A DNA stretch of 24,000 nucleotides, from contig CAWELU010000018.1 in assembly GCA_963809965.1 (NCBI GenBank), positions 28,789-52,788 on the forward strand. Reading direction: 5' to 3'. Of the stretch, positions 8,008 through 14,530 are shown piece by piece. How positions within the stretch are numbered: the first letter of the stretch is position 1; each line of letters opens with the position of its first letter. This DNA is from an uncultured beta proteobacterium (GTDB lineage: Bacteria > Pseudomonadota > Gammaproteobacteria > Burkholderiales > Casimicrobiaceae). The notes below the pieces were generated by a model, which was not told the origin of the DNA, searched no databases, and was given only the letters and a program-made list of their open reading frames with translations. The translations under genes and the position numbers were made by a program.

Positions 8008-8778
8008 TCAATGCGGGGTGCCACTGGGCGGTGTCGGCGGCCGACCGCGCGGAGGTTTGCCATTCTTCTTCGCCCGTCGCGCCGCCAGCTTGGCAGCGTA
8101 GGCGGCCTCAGCTTCGGCCTTGACCCGCGCCTCGATCTTCGCCTTGGCCGCGGCAATCGCCGCCAAGCGCTCTTCTCTGCGGCGCAACTCTTCGGGCAGG
8201 CTCATGCCCTCCGGCAAGTCCTTGGCGTTGGCCGCCTCCGCCCGTTTCATCAGCTCCGCCACCTCGGCCTTGAGCTTGGCCTCCAGCTTCTTGGCGTGGC
8301 CGTAACTCATGGCGCTGTGGCGCGAGGCGTTGGCATGCACCTTGGTCCCGTCCATACTCACCGTGCCCAGCTTCAACATGCCCACCTCGCGGGCGTAGCC
8401 CAGCACCTGGACGAAGATCGCCTCGATCTGCTTCAGGAAACGCTTGCGGAAACTGTTGATGGTGTCGTGATCCGGATGGGTGTTCGCCGTGACGTAGCGA
8501 AAAGCGATCGAGTCATAGCTCGCCCGTTCCAAGGCCCGGCTGGAGAACGTCCCGGTGGCATAGCCATAGAGCAACAGCGCCACCAGCATCGCCGGGTGGT
8601 GGGCATCGCTGCCGCGACCGGCATAGCTTTGCTCGAGGCCCGACAAATCCAGTTGCTCGACCACGTCGACCACGAACCGCGCCAGATGATCTTCCGGCAG
8701 CCACTCCTGCACGCTCGGCGGAAACAGAAACTGCGTATCGCGATCAACCGGAACAAAGCGCGCCATGAATTCACTCAC
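8008..8778 (-). pseudogene. IS1182-family (IS5-superfamily) transposase, N-terminal ~250 aa only
   Basis: MARFVPVDRDTQFLFPPSVQEWLPEDHLARFVVDVVEQLDLSGLEQSYAGRGSDAHHPAMLVALLLYGYATGTFSSRALERASYDSIAFRYV...LGTVSMDGTKVHANASRHSAMSY, then a Lys/Ala/Glu coiled-coil and a PPRGRPPTPP linker. The DDE domain that should follow is missing. The ORF stops inside the 7991-8010 repeat next to IS630. Confidence 0.75.
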
Positions 8779-8855
8779 CGAAAGACATCAATGCAATCCA
8801 GTGTAGTCAAGATTTCCAGAAACGAAAGTCCGACAGGCTGCTAGGATCGTCCGAA

Positions 8856-9791
8856 TCATTCGGATGCGTTCAGCCAGCTCATGACCCGTGGCCACAACGT
8901 CTCGCGAAAACGCGTTCGAAAGAACCCAAAGTGCCCAACCTTCTGGCCGCCAACATCAACTGGCCCAATCGCGACTTGAACTGCCGGCGCGTTTGCATAA
9001 AGTCCCAGAATACGGTCGGTCGCTGCTTGCGTTGCAAACGGATCGTCATCGAAGCGAAGCGCGAGGGTTTGTCCAGTAATCGCGCGAAACCGTGCTAGCA
9101 GGCTGGCTATCAACGTCAAGTCCAGCGATCCATCTGGGCGCTTAAGGTACCACCAGAAATCGGGCTTCCGCCGACGTGCCCAATCAAGCGCGACACCTTT
9201 TGGGAGGTCTTCTAGCAGGTGAAGGCGTCGACCAGGAAAGTAGCCGCAAACATGCGTGATCACTGGCATCAATGCATGCCATAGTACGAACATGGAAAGG
9301 CGCGTACCGGATGCATAGTCGCGCCAATATCCGGTATGAGCACTAACCAGCAACATCCGATCAATCTTGCCGCCATTCGGGGCAAAACCGGTCACAAACC
9401 CGCCCACGCTATGTCCCACCACAAGCATTTTCGCCCCAAAAAACCGGCTTGAAACCCACTCGAGAACGGCGGCACAATCCTTGCTTCCCCACTCCTCAAC
9501 CGAGGCTTGAAATCCAATTAACGTGCGGGGTCGGGACCCCCCAATTCCACGGTAGTCGTAAAGTATGGTCGGGATACCGTTGCCAGCGAGGAATGCCGCA
9601 AACCGGTCATAGTACGAATGTACAATGCCTGCGCCAGCATTCACTATCGCCGCATGCCCTACGGGGCCGCTCCGGTTACCGGTCCATAGGCGGACTGCGA
9701 GAGGGAAACCATCGCTCGCGCGTAGTGTAAAGTTGTGCTGAGATACTGAGGCAATATCGGCAGCATGCGTTCTGTCTTGGAGAGTTGCCAC
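8856..9791 (-). CDS. Alpha/beta-fold hydrolase (Ser-Asp-His type), function unknown
   Basis: 311-aa ORF with a GTG start. It has the nucleophile elbow GHSVGG, a candidate acid in RFDDDPFA and a candidate His in KVGHFGFFR. The YDYRGIGGS segment is typical of the fold. Composition is more AT-rich than the core genes. Confidence 0.8.
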   Translation of the reverse strand: MATLQDRTHAADIASVSQHNFTLRASDGFPLAVRLWTGNRSGPVGHAAIVNAGAGIVHSYYDRFAAFLAGNGIPTILYDYRGIGGSRPRTLIGFQASVEEWGSKDCAAVLEWVSSRFFGAKMLVVGHSVGGFVTGFAPNGGKIDRMLLVSAHTGYWRDYASGTRLSMFVLWHALMPVITHVCGYFPGRRLHLLEDLPKGVALDWARRRKPDFWWYLKRPDGSLDLTLIASLLARFRAITGQTLALRFDDDPFATQAATDRILGLYANAPAVQVAIGPVDVGGQKVGHFGFFRTRFRETLWPRVMSWLNASE

Positions 9792-9820
9792 GGGGCAAAC
9801 TGGGTTAATCGCGAAATACT

Positions 9821-12049
9821 TTGTACATGAAGTTTACGCATATCCGCGACCGTTTCGAAGTGCCGCTACGACTGGCGCATTGCTGGCTCACGCGCGACGG
9901 TCTCAATTCCTTGGTTGAGGGGACCCATCGGCCGGAACTCGAGCAATCCCTGCTTCGCGTGATTATCGGAGGCCTCGTCCTTGGATACCTTTTTATCCAC
10001 GCGTTTCGCGATGGAAGCATTGCTGGCCATGAAACGGAAGTTCTCGGCGTTGCGGTAACGTTTTTCCTTTTTTCGATCGGACTTACTGCCCAAGTACTAA
10101 CATCACACCCCATCTCGGTCGTGCGTCGATTCGTCGGGATGGTTGCAGATAACGCAGCCACGTCCTACTGCCTCATACAGACGGGCGAAGCTGGTGCTGT
10201 CATTATCGGTGTATATCTGTTCGTGACATTCGGTAATGGGTTCCGTTATGGACGGAAGTACCTTCACGCGTGTCAAGTAATGAACCTCGCCGGGTTTGCC
10301 TTGGTAATCCTTCTAAGTGACTATTGGCATACGCAAATTTCGCTCAGCGTTGGGCTTGCAATATCAATGACCGTGCTTCCGTTTTACGTTGGCGTGCTTG
10401 CGCAACGAATAACCGAAGCAAGAAAACGTGCTGATGAGGCGAACCAAGCAAAAGGGCGGTTTCTTGCAAACGTAAGCCATGAAATGCGTACGCCATTGAA
10501 TGGCGTAATCGCAATGACGGACGTTCTGCGCGAGACGACTCTCAACGAATCGCAGTGCGAAATTGTGGACACCCTGGGTACCTCCGCTCAGCTGCTGCTT
10601 GTGCAGATTGAGGACGTGCTCGATATGTCCAAGATCGAGGCAGGACGCGTCCAAATTGAATTGCGACCGTTCGACCTCGGGAGCCTAATTACTGGGACAG
10701 TGAAGGTTATCCTTCCACAGGCACGCTATAAAGCGCTTAATATCAATACCGAAATCGCTGACAATGCGACGCGCTGGTTCGTCGGTGATGGCCATCACAT
10801 CCGGCAGGTCTTGCTAAATCTCCTATCGAACGCAGTTAAGTTTACAGAGCGCGGTGAGATACTATTGCGAGTGACCGTTGTTACGGAGGATACTGCGCGG
10901 TCGTATGTCCGCTTCGAGGTAAAGGATACCGGGATCGGAATTCCTTCTTCGAAGCAAGCCGTAATTTTCGAACCGTTTACTCAGGCGGACGATTCAATCA
11001 CTCGCGTCTACGGCGGTACCGGGTTAGGCACGACTATCGCGCGCCAGCTCGTCACACTTATGGGTGGCCAGATCGGGCTGGAAAGCACGGTCGGCATTGG
11101 GAGCCTTTTCTGGTTTGAGTTACCGCTTCGACGTAGCGAACCCGTTGGAATCGACCTATCGTCGGAACTCACGGCAACAACCAAGCTTTCCTATGGCGCA
11201 GCGTCCCTCGCTGCTCAGCAACCCACAAACGTTACGAAGATCCGTGGTGCTCGCATTCTCGTCGCGGAAGACAACACGACGAATCAGCGCGTCACGCAAC
11301 TTATACTTGAGAGTGGTGGGCACCGCGTCACTATCGTAGACAACGGTGATGCAGCCCTTGACCTACTTGAACGAGCTAGTTTTGATCTTGCTTTCTTCGA
11401 CCTCTCGATGCCAGGAGTTAGCGGACTCGAAGCATTGAAGCTCTACAGATTCACGACAGACAAACCAATTCCGGTTGTGATCCTTTCAGCGAATGTTACT
11501 ACGGACATGGTCGCTCAATGCCAAGTGGCAGGGGCTGTCGAGTTCGTCGCAAAACCAGTTCGTGCCACGATCTTGCTCGATGCAGTCGAGCGGCATCTTT
11601 CTTCAAGAGCAAAGGAGTTCCAATCGAGTGTTCAACTTCCTCGAGTCGATGAACGCCCAGTGCTTACTATTGTCGAGACACCGGTGGTAGATCCTGCCGT
11701 GCTTGCTGATCTTGGCCAGCTCTCCACGGATCCAACATTCGTCGAGCGCCTTGTCCGCGGCTTTCATTCTGATGCAGAACGTCTGGTTGAAACAATCAGT
11801 GCGGCACTGGCTGCCCGTAGGTACGAGGAGGTCAAAGACGCTGCGCACGCCCTTAAAGGTGGCGCCGGCAGCGTGGGAGCAACTCAGCTAGTCACATTGG
11901 CCCTGCGATTTGAAAGGGCGACGCACGGCATGCTTCGCCTAAAGGCGAGCACGTGGACGGAAGAACTTGTATGCGCGACAGATGAAGTCTTTGCGGCACT
12001 AGAGACTCATCTTGAAGAGCGCCGACATAGGCAGTCGTACTCTTCGTAA
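9821..12049 (+). CDS. Hybrid sensor histidine kinase, RpfC-like architecture: multi-TM sensor, HisKA, HATPase_c, receiver, HPt
   Basis: 742-aa ORF; the likely start is the ATG at 9827 (MKFTHIR). The N-terminus (aa ~40-200) has several hydrophobic helices, including HRPELEQSLLRVIIGGLVLGYLF and VTFGNGFRYG. The H-box is SHEMRTPLNG and the G-boxes are DTGIGI and GGTGLG. The receiver reads RILVAEDNTTNQRV...DLAFFDLSMPGVSG...VVILSANVT...FVAKP. The HPt reads AAHALKGGAGSVGA. Confidence 0.9.
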   Translation: MYMKFTHIRDRFEVPLRLAHCWLTRDGLNSLVEGTHRPELEQSLLRVIIGGLVLGYLFIHAFRDGSIAGHETEVLGVAVTFFLFSIGLTAQVLTSHPISVVRRFVGMVADNAATSYCLIQTGEAGAVIIGVYLFVTFGNGFRYGRKYLHACQVMNLAGFALVILLSDYWHTQISLSVGLAISMTVLPFYVGVLAQRITEARKRADEANQAKGRFLANVSHEMRTPLNGVIAMTDVLRETTLNESQCEIVDTLGTSAQLLLVQIEDVLDMSKIEAGRVQIELRPFDLGSLITGTVKVILPQARYKALNINTEIADNATRWFVGDGHHIRQVLLNLLSNAVKFTERGEILLRVTVVTEDTARSYVRFEVKDTGIGIPSSKQAVIFEPFTQADDSITRVYGGTGLGTTIARQLVTLMGGQIGLESTVGIGSLFWFELPLRRSEPVGIDLSSELTATTKLSYGAASLAAQQPTNVTKIRGARILVAEDNTTNQRVTQLILESGGHRVTIVDNGDAALDLLERASFDLAFFDLSMPGVSGLEALKLYRFTTDKPIPVVILSANVTTDMVAQCQVAGAVEFVAKPVRATILLDAVERHLSSRAKEFQSSVQLPRVDERPVLTIVETPVVDPAVLADLGQLSTDPTFVERLVRGFHSDAERLVETISAALAARRYEEVKDAAHALKGGAGSVGATQLVTLALRFERATHGMLRLKASTWTEELVCATDEVFAALETHLEERRHRQSYSS

Positions 12050-12053
12050 GCAT

Positions 12054-12072
12054 CCCCCGGCAGAGCCGGGGG
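12054..12072 (+). terminator. Candidate rho-independent terminator after the hybrid kinase
   Basis: 8-bp GC stem cccccggc / gccggggg with loop aga, starting 5 nt after the stop codon. It is followed by cttt, which is only a weak U-tract. Confidence 0.5.
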
Positions 12073-12110
12073 CTTTAGATTGTGGGCCGCTCAAAGGGGC
12101 ATGGTGGAGT

Positions 12111-12216
12111 TGACCTGCCTGCGGATTTCGGACGCTTTATTCCTGGAAAGCAACTCGTGGTTGAGGGAACGACGTGGACGGATGGTGCTGCTTGAATTCG
12201 ATCGGGGTCAAGTAGT
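12111..12216 (+). mobile_element. IS3-family copy C: left IR, 5' UTR and first ~12 codons of orfA
   Basis: 12111-12150 (tgacctgcctgcggatttcggacgctttattcctggaaag) matches the copy A left end 2163-2202 at 30 of 40 ungapped positions. The putative orfA ATG at 12182 is 71 nt from the terminus (68 nt in copy A). The fragment stops at the IS256-type IR at 12217. Confidence 0.55.
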
Positions 12217-12246
12217 TCCGTAAGCTTCCCCGTCAAGTAGACAGTT

Positions 12247-12435
12247 CTAAACTGGAGTTTCCGCGGCGAGCAGCTGCTCGCGGTAGCGCGCTGGCGGCAG
12301 GCTCCCGAGCGCGTCGTGCGGCCTGATTTCGTTGTAGCGCTCGAGCCATTCGGCCGTGATCTCCCGGACCTCGTCGAGCGAGTCGAACAGGTGAGCGCTC
12401 AGCACTTCTTCGCGGTAGGTGCGGTTGAAGCGGCG
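12247..12435 (-). pseudogene. IS3-family orfB C-terminal fragment (last ~62 codons)
   Basis: RRFNRTYREEVLSAHLFDSLDEVREITAEWLERYNEIRPHDALGSLPPARYREQLLAAETPV*. This is the conserved end of IS3-group integrase-core proteins. Everything upstream is replaced by an oppositely oriented fragment. Confidence 0.7.
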
Positions 12436-12798
12436 GACTTCTGCGTCGACGCGCTGCACGAGGCCTTGCGCCGTTACGGCACGCCGGAGATCTTCAACAC
12501 CGATCAGGGCAGCCAGTTCACCAGCGACGACTTCACCGCGGGGCTCAAAGACGCTGGCGTGCGCATCAGCATGGACGGTAAAGGCCGCTGGGTCGACAAT
12601 GTCTGCGTCGAGCGGCTGTGGCGCAGCGTGAAGTACGAAGAGGTGTATCTGCACGCCTACGCCTCGATCGCCGAAGCGAACCGGCGGCTGGCGATCTACT
12701 TCGATTTTTACAATCGCATCCGCAGCCATCAGTCCTTGGACGGCATGACCCCCGACGCCGTCTACTTCGGCTCCGATGCCATGAGAGTCGCGGCCTGA
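12436..12798 (+). pseudogene. IS3-family orfB C-terminal fragment (~120 codons) of a different IS3 subgroup
   Basis: FCVDALHEALRRYGTPEIFNTDQGSQFTSDDFTAGLKDAGVRISMDGKGRWVDNVCVERLWRSVKYEEVYLHAYASIAEANRRLAIYFDFYNRIRSHQSLDGMTPDAVYF. This covers the second D and the E region of a DDE integrase core. A possible right terminus ...gtccaatca ends at 13048. Confidence 0.75.
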
Positions 12799-13048
12799 AC
12801 CGTCCATGCACCAAGGTTGGGCACCAGGAGGGTCTACAAGCGCGTCGACGCAGGTCCGAGGTCATTGGGTACCTCCCATTCGCGTCGCGCAACCCCGTTC
12901 ATCGTTCGTCGTCCCGCGCAATAATAATCGTGCGTCGAGTTTCCCACTGCGTCGCGCGCTCGTATGCGTGGCTTGCGCCACGCGCGCGCCGCCGTGGAAA
13001 ACTCTTGCGCAGTTCATCACTTATCCGACCCGAATTTCTGTCCAATCA

Positions 13049-13277
13049 GACGGGGCCAGCTCTCCGTGCGCTCGGGCAGGTGGCCGTTGCGCACCAGCCG
13101 CGCCCGACCGACCGCATCGCGCTTATCGACATGTCCCGCCAGGAACTCGGCCACCTCCGCTTCGATCGCCTGCGCCAGCAACGTCCGAGCTCCCTCTCGC
13201 AGCACTTCGGTCAACGCGTCCCGAACCTCGTTCGGCACCGCTGGATTCTTCAACGCAAAAACGTTATCGTGACTCAC
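13049..13277 (-). pseudogene. IS256-family transposase (copy 2), N-terminal ~75 codons
   Basis: The GTG start at 13277 is preceded by AAGGAG. It reads VSHDNVFALKNPAVPNEVRDALTEVLREGARTLLAQAIEAEVAEFLAGHVDKRDAVGRARLVRNGHLPER, then AGPV in an adjacent frame. It is cut at 13048/13049 by an IS3-type end. Confidence 0.7.
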
Positions 13278-13406
13278 GGCGTATTCACTCCTTTGCAAAA
13301 AGGTTGATGATCTTGGTCGACCATCAAGAATACGCCGCCCTCTCATTTCAGGTCATCCACAACTTTCGAGCATAGCTCTGTCTACCGGGAGGGGAAGCTT
13401 ACGGAG

Positions 13407-13626
13407 ACGTTCAATGGCTCGTACCGCGACGAGTGCCTGAACGTCCATTGGTTCGAAACCATGGAGGAAGCGAAAGCGATCAGCGAGGCCTGGCGCCGGG
13501 ATTACAATGAGACTCGGCCGCACATGGCTCTCAACGACCGAACACCAGAGGAGTACGAGCGCCAATCCGGCGCTCGGAACGCCGAAAACTAACTCTCAAA
13601 ACAGTCCGAAAAACCGAAGCGGCTCA
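13407..13626 (+). pseudogene. IS3-family copy C: last ~61 codons of orfB (to 13592) plus the right IR
   Basis: TFNGSYRDECLNVHWFETMEEAKAISEAWRRDYNETRPHMALNDRTPEEYERQSGARNAEN* with stop at 13590-13592. The downstream sequence gtccgaaaaaccgaagcggctca resembles the reverse complement of the 12111 left IR (gtccgaaatccgcaggcaggtca). Confidence 0.65.
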
Positions 13627-13739
13627 CCTGGTGTGACCTACGAAGCACCAGGTGTCCAGAGATTTTGGGGCAACTCCACGTGCTTACACCTTTGCGCTTG
13701 GTCCCGATTCAGGTCGATAGGTCGCGATACCTGCCGCCA

Positions 13740-14483
13740 ATGTTACTTCCGCTAGTAGAAGCAGCGGAATCCGGCACTGATCTGGTCCCCGCTGTGTTGG
13801 CTATAGTGTGCAAGCTAGGTTTTGATAGCTTCATGTACGCCACTGCAAACTACCACCTGCGACCAAACAATGACGAACGGATGTACGTATTTACAACACT
13901 GCCGACTGAGTGGGTAGCCCGTTATGATCAGATGGCGTATGTCGAGTGTGACCCGCGGGTCTTGTACTCCTTTGAAAGCGCTTTACCTTTAGTCTGGGAT
14001 CACGCGAGTGAACGCGGCAAGAGCGCCAAAACAGATCTGTTTCTCGAAGACGCCGCCAATTATGGTGTAGCGAGTGGCGTGGCATTTCCGGTCTACACTG
14101 GGTACCCAGCGAGGAATATTGTTGCATTAAATTCGTCGGTGCCGATAATCGATACTGTCCGACGATCAGAAATCGTTCGCAATCTTGGCGATATCGTGCT
14201 CTTTGGTCAGTACTTTCACGAGCTGTTTGTCAAGGGTGTAATCGAAAAAGGGATGGCCCCGCACTTTCAAGGCGCTCCATTGAGCGCACGTGAGCGCCAA
14301 TGCTTACAGATGGCTGCCAATGGTCTTACAAGTTCCGACATCGGTATGAAACTGGGAATATCAGAACGCACAGTCACTTTTCATTTTGCAAACATCATAA
14401 GCAAACTGGGGGTTCTAAACCGCCATGAAGCGATTGCCACCGGTGTCGCTAAGGGCATTATCCGTGTCACGACCGCGCATTAG
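13740..14483 (+). CDS. LuxR-family transcriptional regulator: autoinducer-binding domain plus GerE-type HTH, with no adjacent luxI (LuxR solo)
   Basis: The frame is open from 13665, but the ATG at 13740 gives a typical 247-aa LuxR. Relative to TraR numbering the invariant residues align: W57/Y61 (WVARY), D70-P71 (ECDP), W85 (PLVW), the G113 region (YGVASGVAFP), and E178/L182/G188 (RERQCLQMAANG). The HTH reads SSDIGMKLGISERTVTFHFANIISKLGVLNRHEAIA. This is the most AT-rich gene in the window. Confidence 0.85.
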   Translation: MLLPLVEAAESGTDLVPAVLAIVCKLGFDSFMYATANYHLRPNNDERMYVFTTLPTEWVARYDQMAYVECDPRVLYSFESALPLVWDHASERGKSAKTDLFLEDAANYGVASGVAFPVYTGYPARNIVALNSSVPIIDTVRRSEIVRNLGDIVLFGQYFHELFVKGVIEKGMAPHFQGAPLSARERQCLQMAANGLTSSDIGMKLGISERTVTFHFANIISKLGVLNRHEAIATGVAKGIIRVTTAH

Positions 14484-14521
14484 GGTGCCTTCTACACGAT
14501 TGCAACAAGCAATAACTTTGG

Positions 14522-14530
14522 AGCGGCCAT
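14522..14530. repeat. Target-site duplication (left copy) of the IS4-family element
   Basis: agcggccat lies directly before the left IR. An identical 9-mer lies at 15856-15864, directly after the right IR. Confidence 0.9.

Larger units (their letters stand above)
12217..13405 (-). mobile_element. IS256-family copy 2 remnant: 28-bp terminal inverted repeats enclosing a 1.19-kb mosaic (its own 5' end plus two unrelated IS3 orfB tails)
   Basis: TCCGTAAGCTTCCCCgtcaaGTAGACAG at 12217-12244, against the reverse complement of 13378-13405, TCCGTAAGCTTCCCCtcccgGTAGACAG (23/28). An IS256-type transposase N-terminus starts 128 nt inside the right copy. No matching flanking duplication was found. Confidence 0.45.

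Noticed and set aside
8011-8844. 277-aa ORF on the plus strand
   Set aside because: Antisense to the IS1182-family transposase fragment. Its sequence is low-complexity and Arg/Gly/Leu-rich.
8840-8870. Palindrome ccgaatcattcgg at the 3' end of the hydrolase gene as a terminator
   Set aside because: It has a 6-bp stem with a 1-nt loop and overlaps the stop codon. That is sterically implausible as a hairpin, and no U-tract follows.
12247-12807. 186-aa minus-strand ORF, and the 160-aa plus-strand ORF 12316-12798, read as single genes
   Set aside because: Each is a chimera. Only the last ~62 codons of the minus ORF and the last ~120 codons of the plus ORF are real IS3 orfB sequence. The remainder of each is the antisense of the other fragment.
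13665-13739. Upstream TTG start giving a 272-aa LuxR protein
   Set aside because: The extra 25 residues (GQLHVLTPLRLVPIQVDRSRYLPP) have no counterpart in LuxR-family N-termini. The ATG at 13740 gives the usual ~247-aa length. The longer form cannot be excluded.
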